Source: Eledone cirrhosa
Lineage: Eukaryota
Direction: 5' to 3'
Length of the DNA stretch: 64,000 bases
Assembly (NCBI GenBank): GCA_964016885.1
Contig: OZ024742.1
Location: 109,616,001-109,680,000 of the forward strand
The notes under the pieces were generated by a model. That model saw nothing but the letters and a program-made list of their open reading frames with translations. It had not been told where the DNA came from and made no database searches. Shown one piece after another: positions 48,803-62,648 of the stretch. The position numbers were made by a program, and so were the translations under genes. Each line of letters starts with the position of its first letter. The first letter of the stretch is position 1.

Positions 48803-51800
48803 ATTCTTCTTCTATACATCCGTTACCGGTGTCATGACAAAGTTCCTCCTCCAGTTCACCCTGTCCAGCAATGCCATCTGAAGTTCCCTTGCCTCTAACC
48901 CGGTGTCATTTTCAAGGGCATCTTCCAGTGTGATGGATGGTCTCCCAATTCGTCTCCATAGATCTGGTTTCCAGAATAGAACTCAGTCAACAGGTTCGTT
49001 GTGATGTTTCACATGTCCGGTTAATGGGAGCCTCCGTCACCTTATGATTGTAAACCGTGAAAAAAATTTAAGTGTTTTCCAAATGCTCTGAATCTTTCTC
49101 AACATTCGCGTGAATGAGCCATTAATAATTGTTTCTACTTTAGGCACAAGGCCAGCAATTACCCAGTGCATTACTGAGCCATTAATAATGTTTGTAAGTG
49201 TTTTAATTAATGTGCATGACTCACATCCGTATAGGAGAATGGACTCAACTGCTGCTGAATAGTATCATTTTCGTTGTTTTCTTAATCGGTGATACCCGCA
49301 CCTTCGATAGGGAGTTGAGAGCCCTCCATCCCTTACCTGTCCTGGTGTACACATCGTGCTCTGTGTTTCATGGAACTACCAAGTTACTAAGTCACCTACT
49401 TCTTCAATCTCCAAACAATCTAGCGCATGCGTTTGTTCATTTGATGTTGCATTTGATGTTGCATGAATTTTGTTTCGTCAGCATTCGAGAAGAGTCCATT
49501 GGATTGTGCTGCAGCCTCCAGACTGTTTAACGCGTACTCGGCTAACTTTGCAGGTGTTTTCCAGTAGAGTATGTCATCTACTGGAGTCAATTCAGGTATA
49601 ATTTCCTCCGGATATCGGGTACTTTGCCCACTTTTCAGTGTTATCCCATCTGATGGTGCAATGGTATAATCAAAGCATATCTCAAAAAAGAAAGGAGCTT
49701 AGAGTACTCCGATATCAATGGGGAACGGGTCTGAGTTTCCTTTGGGTATCATAAGTGCTGAAGTATTCTCATACATGACTAATTGCAATATGATGAGATA
49801 TCCCTTACGTAAGAAGAATTTTGGGCATCTTCTTTCGGTCCTTCGAATCAAAAGCCTTTTTGAAATCTATGAATGCAGTTGCTGTCTTCTTGTGATTTCG
49901 TACCTCCTCAACACTCCTTCATAGACCCGAGATGTGGGAGGTAATAGTGGTGTGCGATGAGCGAAGTCCATTTTGGGTAGAGCTTAGAATGTTGCCGATA
50001 CATGATCAGATTCTATTCATAATCATCCTATTGTAAATCTTTTCTGCAATTTCCATTACGCTGATACCTCTATAGTTGATACAGATGGTGGTTACCTTTC
50101 TTGGATATTAGCACTATTCCTGATATTCCCCATTCCTCAGTCTATGAAAGGTTTCGATGCAGAAATCTCTTAGAAACTTGCGAGCTTTAGGTAGTGTCCA
50201 TAGCTCTATAGTTAGGCAATGAACCCCAAGAGCTTTTCCTGGTGTCATTGCCTTTAGCGCATTGTCCACTTCTTCTATAGAGAATTCAGCAAAACTTATC
50301 TCTGGATGGACTTCAAATATTGGGTCAATCGCTACGTCTGACTCACAATTATTGTCAGTTGATAGGAGTTTGTGAAAGTATTCCCTCTATCACACAGCGG
50401 TTTTCTTCTTGGATATATACCTCATTCTTCCTCTTCTTACCAGAAAGTTCTTTTATCAGTCTCCAGCCTTCTCTGGGGGTATTGTAGTTACTATTCTCAA
50501 AATCAGTTATGGTTTGGTTGATTCTTTCATCCTCCAGATGGAAATTATAGCGCTGAATTCTCTGGTGATGCTGTACATCTGAAACTGTAGATTTGAGGGT
50601 GTAGTTGCTGACTGTAGCCATTGTTGCACTTTCCACAGTAGGTGTGACACGAAGATGCCTTGAGAGGATTTCCTCACCCATTTCATTACAGATAAATACA
50701 AATTAAATGTCATTTTCCTCTTCAGCTGGCAAGGATTCAAATTTATCAGCAATTGAATCATCAATTGTTCTTGCAAGGTTGACATTATCCCTTAGTGCCC
50801 TTTAGTAAAGCTGTTTCTTACTCGATCTCCTGTTTGGGTGAAGGCTGATTTTAACTTTGGCCAAGATGATGTCACGATCTCCCCCTACAACCGCAGCGGA
50901 AGTGCGTGCCTGACAATCATGAACTGTTTCTCCATCGTTTCCTGTAAATGATAAAATCAATTTGGGCAAGATTCCAAGCTGGGTATCCCAAGTCCACAGT
51001 TTTCGTTTCCGTTTCTGGAAAATGTTATTCTCGGCTAGGAGTTTATATAGATGTAGAAATTCTTCTAGAAATAAATTTGCGAGTTGAAGTTTTCTCAAAT
51101 ATTAAGCATAGAATGTGTGGGTACTTCGAAAACAGTGGCACCAAGTTGATGGTAAAACTGTGCTGCTTCCTCTTCCGGCAGATAATAGTTTGGGGATTTC
51201 CTTTTAATACTGCTGTGACAACCCGGTCATTGACCTTGGTTTACCTTTGTAAGTAGAGGAAGGAGGTGTATTTGTACTGTCGAACCTTCAATTGCAGCTC
51301 CGCTGTGAATTTTTGGTGCTAAACAGAGTGCGCTTGTTGATGTTATGGGAGATTATGTCTAGATCATTTTTTTATGGATAAATTGGTGTTCTTTAACACA
51401 TACAATCACAATGTTATAGGTGTTGATATCTTTTTTTAGCTCCTCACGGGAAAAGTAGCATGTGAGTGAACGAGTTTAGAGACCCGAAGATGTATGGTCT
51501 CTTTGATTGAGATTAGAGGATGCTCATCCAGTTGGATTTAGAACATCATCTGCATAGTGAGAAATTGAGCCTTCTTCAGGTCTATGCAGAAACAGAAAAT
51601 CACGGGCTCTAACTGTGGAGCTGTTGTTTGCACCAGTCATGTTTTCTATTAGCAGAATTACTGTGATGACTTGCCAGGTCTCTCATAGGCGCAGTGCCTC
51701 ACTGTTGGAGGTAGAGTTCCCCTACCGTTGATTCCTCCACTAGGCAAACAAGCACTGAAAACTGAGACAACCGTTTATCGGTGTTCACTTTTCAGCACAA

Positions 51801-51980
51801 TCACTATTCTTGCTTCCCAAATGGATCTTTGCGAAACCCGGCACGGTTGCTTACCAGGTACTAAGCCTTGCCAATGGGCAACAGGGAATTTGATCCAGGA
51901 CTGGTTATTCAATATATTCACAGCTGACCCTCATATCTGAAGGTCGTTCCTCTATCCGCCACCTGGGGACCCAGTGTTGT
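48803..51980 (-). mobile_element. RTE-clade LINE, near full-length, degenerate
   Basis: Minus-strand APE motifs (LWTW, QIDFI) and RT motifs (NYRGIS...EKIYNR, FIDFK.AFDS), short (GAA)n tail at 48803. Inserted into the minisatellite. Contains a 3' SINE stub at 49130-49175 with TSD tgagccattaataat. Confidence 0.8.
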
Positions 51981-52245
51981 GGGAGTTATATATTTATGCA
52001 TACATGCAATTATATACATTAACACCTGGATATATATGCAATTATACAAACTATGCATATAAACTAATAGATTTCTTCAATGTACTGTGCTGTTTGCTTT
52101 GTTATTTCTGTTTACTTTTTTCACATACATATATACACAAGCTTCAGCGTATGAGTGCAATTATTAGCGCGTGTGTGTGTGTGTGTGTGTGTGTGTATAC
52201 ATATGTGTATGTGTGTATGTGGGTGTGTATGTGTATGCGTGTGTA

Positions 52246-52282
<37 letters not shown>

Positions 52283-53007
52283 ATATGTGGGGGGGGGGGG
52301 GGACAGTGAATCGGCAGAATTGGTAAATCGTGGAGTAGAATGTTTTCCGGTATCTGTTCACGTTAATCTTACACGTTATTTTCACTAGCTATCTGATGCG
52401 TTCAAACAAATGGTACATTTATCGTCGGAACCGACGGAAGCACAACACCACCACCACCACCACCACCACCACCACCTCCACCACCACTACCACCACTGGG
52501 TTCGGTACATCTCAGAGAATTTTGAGGGGTTTTTTTCTTTATATAATTTCCTAATCAAATAACTGGAACAGTCTTCGTCGAAAGCGACGGAGATTCAATG
52601 CATGCTTATGTATATTTTGATTTCTAAGCTTAACATTGTTTTCTTTTATATTTTATCTCTTGTATGAGACTAGATCAGATTTAATATGAACAACACACTA
52701 AATAAAACAACAGCTACATTTCAGTAAACATGGCATACATAATATATATATATAAAATCTATGTATTCTCTACATAACAGGCAACATGTGGTGAAACAGT
52801 GAACAATCAGTGAGATAAAGTCTATTGTATAAACCTTCAACATTTAATCCTTAACAACTTGTAAAATAAGATGTTTTCATGGTTTTAAGCGTATTTTGTT
52901 ACCGATAAATACTTTGGCTTCTCAAAGAAAAATGCATATACATACAATGTGTGTTCATATATACATACATATATTTATGTGCTCGTGTCTGAGAGAGAGG
53001 GGGGTGA

Positions 53008-53047
<40 letters not shown>

Positions 53048-53229
53048 TTGCATACATGTACATACACAGATACATGTATATACATATATTCAGTATACAG
53101 GCATCTATATACATATATATATATATGTGTGTGTATGTATGTATGTATACATACACACGCACATATATACACACATGCATACATGCATACACATTTACAT
53201 GCATAAATACCTACACATACATACATACA

Positions 53230-53263
<34 letters not shown>

Positions 53264-53265
53264 CA

Positions 53266-54091
53266 TGATGGCTGCCCCCTCGTTATCGAGTATGGCCATT
53301 GCACGATATACCATTATTAATAATGATTAATTAATTCTATCGTGCGGTGAATTGGCAGTATCGGTAGAGAGTTGGACGCCATGCTTTCTAGCATAGTTAC
53401 GTCCCTTTACGGTTTGAGTTCAAATCCCGTCGAGGTTAACTTTGCCTTTCATCCTTACGAGGTCGATAAAATAAAGTACCAGTAATGTACTGGGTAATTG
53501 CTGGCCTTGTGCCAAAAGTAGAAACAATTCATTAATTCTATCGTGCTATGCCTGTGCGTGAAGATATTTTTTAAAGTGAGGAAAGACTGTGCACTGAGCC
53601 AATCCCACTCTCTGAGCGACAGTAGCTATAACCCGAAAAGAAGAAAAGATCAACATCATCGGTAACTACTGAGCCGCAGGTTTTATATCGGAGTTATCCC
53701 AGTTTCCTGAGTTGTCTTCTCCTATTAGAATGCCCTGACAAAGGTTAGGGGTCCTTCACTCCCAGTGGTTTAACCATGCGATCGGGTGTCCAGCCCGACT
53801 ATTTCTATGTCCCCGCGCATATACATACACATGCACCCATGTATATACACATATAAATATACATACATATGTACATGTGTATATACATATTTACACACTT
53901 TTGGATGGCCGTTGACTCTTATGAGTTCTTCCGCCTTTTGTCAGGTTTTGTTTTTTGTCCTGCAGGGTGTCCAAAATCACCATCCTCACCAAGTAAACTT
54001 GGTAAGGTTGCCGGTTTAGTCACCGACGACCCGAACATGCAACAGGTTGTACTGGGTTACATGTTACCAGTAGCACTCAAGGCTAACCCGA
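53266..54091. mobile_element. Repeat family C, long copy between (CATA)n tracts
   Basis: Homologous to family B along its length. Interrupted by a SINE and a simple repeat. Confidence 0.8.
53346..53530 (+). mobile_element. SINE family 1 (short form)
   Basis: 16-bp TSD attaattctatcgtgc at 53330-53345 and 53531-53546. Confidence 0.9.
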
Positions 54092-54162
54092 CATACATAC
54101 ATACATACATACATACATACATACATACATACATACATACATACATACATACATACATACAT

Positions 54163-55176
54163 GGATGAAAGAACTGCATGCTTATCAGCAAAAAATCATG
54201 CATGGATATGTTGCCAGGAAGCTCCAGAGTGAGAGTAATATAGATAAGGAAAGTAGTTTATCTTGGACCAACAACCGCTATATTGGCTCCCACTTTGAAG
54301 GATACGCTTTTGCAATCCAAGAACAGGAGACTAACACGAAATACCTGATTCACAAAAGAGATAGGGATGCAGGCAAAACACCTAGATGTGATAACAAGTG
54401 CAGACTCTGCAGAACTAACATCGAGGATATCACCCATGTCATCAGCAGTTGTCCAAAGATGCCATCGCGGTACTATCTACCTATGAGGCATGATGTAGTG
54501 GCCAAAACACTGTACAATGCAGTTCGTAACATAGATAGCCCTGATAATAAACACATTAAAAGCTACAGCAATGTGGAAGACATCCATGTACAAAATATGA
54601 AAGAGTACTGGTGGAATGTTCCAGTAAAAACCCCAATAAAATGCAGGCATAACAGACCAGATATTATATGGGACAGGGAGAAGAAAGCATGCACAGTAGT
54701 GGAAATTAGCTGCCCAGCAGATGCCAATATAATATCAAAGATTAGCGAAAAGGCGAATATTTATGCAGAACTGATGAGAAATCTGCAGATACTCCACCCT
54801 GATTACACCTTCAGATTTATGCCTGTGATTATTGGGGCACTGGGATATGTTAGTAACTGCCTCAATACAAATCTTGAGAAGCTAGGCTTCACAGGAACAG
54901 AAAGAACACAACTAGTTAGGAAATTACAAGTACAATCCGTTAATGGTAAAAATATGTAAAACATTCCAAATATTTTGCATCTAATAACTGCATATACAAA
55001 GCATATACACATGCACACATACAACTCAAACCATACACATCCACATCTACACATGCAGACATACATAATCTACCTAGTTGATGTGTAAATTCCAATGAGA
55101 GAGTCTTGTGTCTATGTTAGAAACCGACTCTCTCTCTATTGGGAAAAAATTTGTGAAATTATAAAACCAGAAGAAC
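54163..55176 (+). mobile_element. 5'-truncated R4/Dong-like LINE (CCHC + restriction-like endonuclease + 3' UTR) in (CATA)n
   Basis: Open 264-aa frame at 54165-54959 with CRLC..EDITHVISSC, RHD, NRPDI, VEISCP, K...Y, PVIIGALG. Confidence 0.9.
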
Positions 55177-55201
55177 ATACATACATACATACATACATAC
55201 A

Positions 55202-55613
55202 TGGTGGCTGCCAACTCGTTTTCAAGTACGGCCACTACTTTATATCCATGTAGGAGAACCCCTACCGATGCGCTGAACGAGTGTGACTTTTTAGTCCAGC
55301 CAGCGACTTGAAAACTTTGGTACAAACACTACACTTGTGACAATTATTGACACATAGTGCTGGGCCCATGGTACCATGTGACGACAAGTGCAGAGAGATC
55401 TCCAGATATAAAGCAATGCCTGTGCCGTGAAGCTTTTATAGTGAGCAAAGGCACTGCACAAAGCCAGTCCCACTCTCTTAACCAAGATGATATTTACCAA
55501 AAAGAAGAACAAGTAAACATCATTGGATGGCATCAGGGTTGCAGGTGTTAAATCAGAGTTTTCCTTCTAGAATTCTGCCTTGACAAAGGCTAAGGGGTCA
55601 TCTCTGCCGGTGA
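55202..55613. mobile_element. Repeat family B copy
   Basis: Matches 27621-28030. (CATA)n on both flanks. Confidence 0.85.
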
Positions 55614-58143
55614 CATACATACATACATACATACATACATACATACATACATACATACATACATACATACATACATACATACATACATAATCACTGCAGA
55701 TTATTATTAAATTGAAACTAGGTAATATGACGGCCGCAACTTGATGACGTCCGACACCATACCAATAATTGGTGCAGATCGGTGGCTGTTTTGCAGGGAA
55801 ACTTGGAACATAGTTTAGAAGGACATGAGTGGTTTAACTCTACCTTAAGCGGTTCGAGTCGGGTGAATGAGGTCGAATGTAGGTGTATAGTTTAAATTTG
55901 CTTGAGTTCGTGGTTGCCTTTGGTTTAATCGGGTATTTACGTTCAAGTCAGCGCAATTGACGATCTTAGTTACATATACATAGGAAGCGATATCACTGCA
56001 TTTACATCCCTAATGCCATCAACAATGGCATGACCATCACATTTATCCTCTCCATTGTTTAGCTTTATATATTTTTTTATCGTTTAGTCAGAAAAAGATG
56101 AGCAGATGTTTTATAAAGGTCTCCTTTACTGGTGGAAATAAAAGAAGTTATTTTCAAACTGGATATCAGGCTTCAATCCTTGTAACTCTGTTAAAGGCAT
56201 TCAAGGACCGTGAGTTGGTGTTAAACTCTGCGACAGGTAAAGTTCTCTATCTAAGTTCGAGATCAGTCTCTCCAACTGACTTTCACATAGCTGCATCTAC
56301 TGGAATTGAATATTAAACTATGTAGTTGTGGAGAGAACTTCTTAATCACATATTTATGCCTGTGCGATATAAGTTCGATGGGCATAATCAACGTGCGTTT
56401 CCTTAGTTTGCGTGACCTTATTACAGTATTTCTAATGAAAGACATTGCTTCATGGTTTTCAAATAATTTTGAAAAAAAGCCAAGAATTTGGTGGTATTTA
56501 GTAACATAACTAATGTTCCTATTATCAATCTGGTGTGTGAACATAACGTAACAAACGTTCATGCATAAAATTGTGATGGAAAGTTTTTAGATTAATATAA
56601 GCGCCTTAAAATAAACACTTTCGATTATAAAAACGGGCGATTTCTGACAGTTTGGTTTCAAAAGAGTTTTCCCCGTCTGTCTCAGTATGGATGAATAAAG
56701 CCTTTGAAATATATTCCATTCCTTGATACTATCATGTCATTCATGTCCGCAAAACGATTCCTTATCAACTCAACAAGCCCCGATTCTCTATCTTTAGAAA
56801 TATTGATTTTCTTCTTAACCCAATATAATAATAATATTCCTCACAATATTATTAAATTATTGGTGCGTTAACAGTTCTTTGTATGAATGCTACACTGTAC
56901 TACATAATATATCAATAGATTTTTAGCCTTCAATATTAATATTCTTTATCGTTAACAATGTCAATCTCTACTGATAGAAACGAAAGAACATTGAATTAAA
57001 TACTTTATAGTTTATATGAAACATTGTGAAATGTGTGACTAGCATTGTTTGGGGAAAGCCGGTACAATGTAAATTAGAAATACAAGTGTGTAAACTAGAG
57101 AAAAGTAGGAATACAAAACAACAGTTTACACTGTTACCTTATATTTCATGATTTACCTGGTTTGGTTTCGTCTTTCTATTGTCTGATTTCAAATCCCATG
57201 TGGGTTTGGTTCCATATTTTGTCCTCAGTGAACAACGTGAACAAAATTAAGATTTTTTCCAGACATTACTAAATAACACATAATCAACATCGAGTTTAAC
57301 TTCGTTGATACTTCGTGATGCCGGTTGACAGAATGCCAAATGTGTTACCTCGGAGGGTAGTAAGTGGGGTACGCTGAATGAGCGAGTCCATACTGTGGTG
57401 CTCTTTCTTGTAAACGGTCATCTCCATCCCGATCGCACGAAAACAGGGAGGTGGTTCGAAGACCTAGGACATCATATGTTTCCACCGCTGTGGGTTCGAC
57501 GGTGAATCTAACGGAGAGCTGGTACTATCTCAGCTTGAATCTTTAAAATATATTATTGTTAACCAATCGATTCTATTTCTCGCCAGTAAATGTGTAGTTG
57601 TATACCAATTTAAAACATCGATATTAATCACTACAGAAACCATTCAGTATATTTATGAAAATTATAATTTCATTTAGTCAGATGAAATATAAACTTATTT
57701 TTACGAATCAGTTTTATGTTTTCGTCATTTTTACATATATTTGTCTTTAATTGGCTCATTTAGTCAAATTTATTTCTGACGTGTTTGTAACTTTACATAA
57801 CTGCTGCAATATAGTCAAATTTTAGACAATTAATGTTGCAATTATTGATGCTAAAATTTGTGGTTATTTGTGATTATGGCAATGGAACTTAATGTAATAG
57901 TAATAAAATCTTATGCAGTGAGTTGGCAGAGTCGTTAGTGTGTTGTATTAAATGACTAGCTACTTGTTCCGACTCACTGCGCTCTGAATTCAAATCCTCC
58001 TGAGATCAGCTTTGCCTTTCATCGTTTCGAGTTCATTAAATATAGTACCAGTCCAATGCTGAGGTCGATTTTTCTACTATCTCACTTATTTTATTTATTT
58101 CTCGCTCTCTTTCTTTCTCGATCTGCACTCTATTTCTCACCCC

Positions 58144-58194
<51 letters not shown>

Positions 58195-59935
58195 AGAAGA
58201 AATAGGCCGTGTTCCGACCTGTAGCAGGTTGGGTTCCGCCAGGTTTAAATTTCCAAAGACACGCCATGTGTCAGAACAGCTCCCCTATACTCCATCAAGA
58301 GTTAAAGGCCCTTTACTTCCCAATGAAGTCTTACATTGACAAATACAATATGAGTAGGAGAGGGATGTAAGTAAATTGAATAGACCTCAAACCATGACTC
58401 TTATACTTTGACGTCTCAGGTAAGTTAACAAAACAAGGACGACACTAGGTGGACATAAATTTGCCATTAATGTCAGTTAGTGTAAAATCAACGTCGGTGG
58501 ATTCCTTCATCACATCCCAATCAATCCATTCATTCAATGTACCTTCAAGTTTGAGAGAACCTAATGGTAAGCGTGCGGATGGATTAACTTCTTTTCCATA
58601 ACAATACTAGAGATGTGTGTTGTAGAGTGTTACATTATACAGTCCTCGATGGAGGCCTCTTCAGTCTTGTATAAGGGCAAGTAAAGAAGTGCTGCAAATC
58701 TTAGTAACTAATTAACCAGAACTTGTTTCTAACTTTTATGCTTTTGAGATTATGGTCGCACACAGTCCATAATTCTGGTGTTGGGTGTGTTGAACCAGTT
58801 GTTTGATCAACGGAACAACCTGACCATGTAATTAACGTGCTAGTGACTGAACATTTTATAGACATAATTCCCTAGGTTATTCAACTGGATACAGTGTGTA
58901 ATGAGGTTACTCTTTGAATTACAAGTACAAGTCATTTTTGTTAACTGAGTGAACTGGAGCATCATGAAATAAAATGTCTTGTTCAAGGACACAAAGCACC
59001 GCCGCAAATCGAGTTCATGACATTACTATTGTTAGCTGAACACCCTAACCACTAAACCACGAGCCTCCACAGTTTTCAACTACTCTCTGCCTAGATCATC
59101 TCGCTCCTTGATATATGCGATGATAAAAGAGAAGCCCCTTGGTTGTCTCAATTTCAATTGAAATTATTCGTAGAAATGCCGCCAGCATTATAGTTTTTTC
59201 CAAGGAATCCATTCTCCCTCATATTGTCTAAAATAAACGTTTAAACAAATATAAACAAAAATAAGTGAAATCAAAAAGGCTATTCTAGAGCCAGACTTCT
59301 CAAAGGCATGAATATATACCCCCTAAGGTTGAATAAAATTTTAGGTGACCGCAGGGAATGGATTTACTAATTTACATTAATTTATTCCTTTATAACTGTA
59401 AATCATGTACACAAGCTACCAGACATCATACACGAAGCAGAATGAATGATAGTCTAATGATTTGTTTCTTATATAAGTTGCATTATAATTTATATGCTTT
59501 GTAAATTTATATTCGATTAATTTGTTTAGGTGTAAATAGAAATTAAATTTTGTTACCAGGCGATCTATCAAACACAGATATGATTGTATAAAAATCTAAT
59601 GCAAATATACAGATTCTGTTAATTAACGTATAATTGTGTATGTTTAATTCTTAACTTCCGCTAAATCATTAGCGGTAAATGTTTAAAAGCAGGTTTGTTA
59701 ATTTAAATGTTTATAGTATCTTTTCTAGTGAACAGTTCGTTGTAAAAATCTGTAATGATAGAGTAAATACTTTAATTTTTAATGTGACATAGTCATTATT
59801 CTGTTTTGAACTTTGCAGTTTCATTCAGTTTCATGTGGTTAAAAGTTAAAACTTAATTACTCTCGCGCTACTAATAATTCTTGAGAAAGGCGTAAAACGC
59901 CCTGCTTGATTTCATATCATTATTTTTTGCTCATT

Positions 59936-60041
59936 CAAATCCCGCTGAGGTTGACTTTGCCTTTCATCCTTACGGGGTCGATAAAATAAAGTACCAGTAA
60001 TGCACTGGGTAATTGCTGGCCTTGTGCCTAAAGTAGAAACA
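59936..60041 (+). mobile_element. 5'-truncated SINE family 1
   Basis: 17-bp TSD attattttttgctcatt at 59919-59935 and 60042-60058. Confidence 0.88.
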
Positions 60042-60141
60042 ATTATTTTTTGCTCATTTCTATGTAAACACCTCGCCCTAATGCTGTAACTTGTTTTTGT
60101 ATCGTCTCCACTATCTAATACCCGTGGAGCAAATAAAAGAA

Positions 60142-60353
60142 ATTATTATTATTATTGTTTCTTCGCTCAGCTTCTAACGCTGGAGATGTATTACAGTGTT
60201 ACCTGTTCACTGACAGTGAACTGAGGTAACATCCCTTATTTTTCGACTACTCCCCGGAGTATTCGAGCTGTTCCAAGCAATGCTGTGTTTTGTCAGTGTT
60301 CCAATCCCTATTTGTTTAATGTATTTCTCAAGATCTTTACTCACTGTTCCCAA
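60142..60353 (-). mobile_element. Dong/R4-like LINE extreme 3' end with (AAT)n tail
   Basis: Minus strand LGTVSKDLEKYI...QNTALLGTARILR, then a short UTR and aataataat. Confidence 0.7.
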
Positions 60354-60699
60354 ACAAGACAAACCTAGCAAACCAGACAAACCTAAAATTTCGTGCTAAT
60401 GAGGAGGGTTAACAAAGATTTGGTCGCTCTCATAAGTAAAGATATTGAGAGAGACAGGGATACTTTCTGCACCAGTACTTTTAAAGTGCCATAAAATCTA
60501 ATGATGGTGGACATGTCCCTTGAAACCTACAAGGTCATTAGAGAGCGCTTCCCCGCAACTAATATAAAAGCCGAAAGTAGTCTTTTAAAGGAACCCCAAC
60601 CTGATATGGAGATCGAACCACCCGATATCCAACAGCATCCGGAGGATATGTAAACCCCACCCCACCTTTTTTATCTCAACTCTATCCAACCAACATGGC

Positions 60700-62430
60700 A
60701 GTTCTAAGAATAGGGTGTAAAACTGTATGTGGCCTGAGGTCGTCATAGAAGCAAGGTTGCTTGCTCAGCGACCTCAGATTAATAGCTATGGATGTGACTG
60801 CAGTTAGCGACTATAAGATCTATGTATTTTTAGTCGGCCTGGAACGGAGGGGCGGTGGCAGAATGGCAGTGCTGTACAGAAAAGGCCTGGATATCGAGGT
60901 ACGGATGATTTCCGAGACTCGGACGTAAGTTGGTGGTCCTGGATGTGAGCACTAGCGAGAGAGGACGGTCGGATTTCTTCAGGTGTTTGCAAGCCTTTCC
61001 AAATGCACGCTGTGATTAAGTAGGAGTAGCTGATAGATGTTGGGGGTGCAAAAGCCTCAAGAACCTGATCAGGCAGTTTCAAGTGTCTGACAGGTAGCGA
61101 ATCCGCCAGTGAACCAATTGCATAGGGTAGTCTAGATTGTATTTAGATAAGTTTTTGATTATGTTAGAAGATAGGAATAGCATGGAACATTTCTTCAATG
61201 CGAAACATGAAGGTTGCATTGTCAGAGCGCGTACTGAAAGAAACGAGGGAACGAAAGGTGTTTGATGGGATCGAGTGGCATGAAAGCCACAATTAGGTCT
61301 TTGGCGGACCGAGACAGGCGCTAGATACTCAATTCCAAGCAGATGTATACATCTTTTCGCCAGCACTTTGCACAACTGCCCGGGGCGAACGGGAGGTCGG
61401 AGACGGAAGCAGACTACAGTTCCTAACTCGAAGGCTTGCTGTGACCCTTGGCGATTTATGCGGAGTGCTGTGAAAAGCCGATAACAGCAGCCGAGATACG
61501 AGAAATCCTGGCCATCAGTACAAAGTGCAAATTATCTGGTTTGGATGGTCTGCCCTTAAATTTTCCGTAGAAATGCCATGCATGTTTTCCGATGTCCTCG
61601 AAGCTGTCTACTGCAACTGACAACAGAACGGTAGAATTCCCAGTTCTGTGATTCCGGGAATACAAATACAGATGAGGAAAGACGAGAACAAAGGAGGGGT
61701 TATCAATAATTTCTGACGTATAACTCTTCTAATCACAGAGTTTAAGATTTTGGTTATGATGTTAGAAACGAGGTTGGCGCTTGCCGTTAAGAGTCTTGTA
61801 GAGGAGGGGTAGACGTTTGCAATCCCCACCAGGTCCATACACGACAACCTCCTCCTTATGTGATATATCATATAAAGGATGGGGACTAAATCTGGCTTCG
61901 GTGGGGCTGTGATCAATTTTTATCAATCGAAAGCTTTCGGTAGGGTCGACCATCGATACCAGTAGGACAGGCAGTTTTCCTCTGTCTGGTGGCTGTAACG
62001 AAAGAGGCTGTATAGTAAACGCCACTGAAAGGGCTGAAGACCGACACTTTCTTCTTGTCCCAAACCCTCATCACCTTTTTCAAATTCCACTTGAAAAGGA
62101 AGGTGTGGGTTGAGAGGGAAGGGACACCCGCCAGTACATTTGTTAAAAGGTGGGTGAATGTAGCGAAAATGACCCGAAGGGGTGGTCCTACCCTGACCAT
62201 GTGCCTGTAGGCTAGTTTCGAGAAGAGAGAGGCACATGCCTTCAGTGTAAATTGGGGTGGTTTACGATCTGTGGAGTTCCTAAGTTACCCCTTCGTGATG
62301 CTCCCCCTATTTTTATTGTCATTCATTTATTGGTTATTGTTGTCTTTATTTGTTTACACGTTTTCAATTTTTTTGTAAATCTCCCCTGTCCCTGTCTTTT
62401 GTATTGTCCTACATTTGTTTGGCCCTTTTG
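60700..62430 (+). mobile_element. L1/Tx1-like LINE, degenerate, internally deleted
   Basis: Colinear with 39243-40660 up to SKAFGRVDH, then jumps to the C-terminal region seen at 31060-31560. Confidence 0.8.
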
Positions 62431-62433
62431 GTC

Positions 62434-62648
62434 AATTGGCAGTATCGGTAGAGCGTCGGACAACATGCTTTGTATCATAGAGTTACGGTCATTTACGTTC
62501 TGTGTTCAAATCCGGCCGAGGTTAACTTTGCCTTTCATCCTACGGAGGTCGATAAAATAAAGCACCAGTAATGTACTGGGTCGATTTAATCGATTTTCCC
62601 CTCCCCAAAAATTTCTGGCCTTGTGCGTAAAGTAGAAACAATTATTAT
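62434..62648 (+). mobile_element. SINE family 1 (long form)
   Basis: A/B boxes and gtagaaacaattattatt tail. Further degenerate copies at 57915-58070 and 63685-63960. Confidence 0.85.

Noticed and set aside
56100-56950. Possible decayed hAT transposase on the minus strand (TDG-like and KKFSPQL segments)
   Set aside because: Motifs are too fragmentary to support by eye. It would need a translated search.
58640-58672. Minus-strand CTGAAGA followed by a cctc/gagg hairpin
   Set aside because: No GAAA or stem III follows. At most a decayed HHR.
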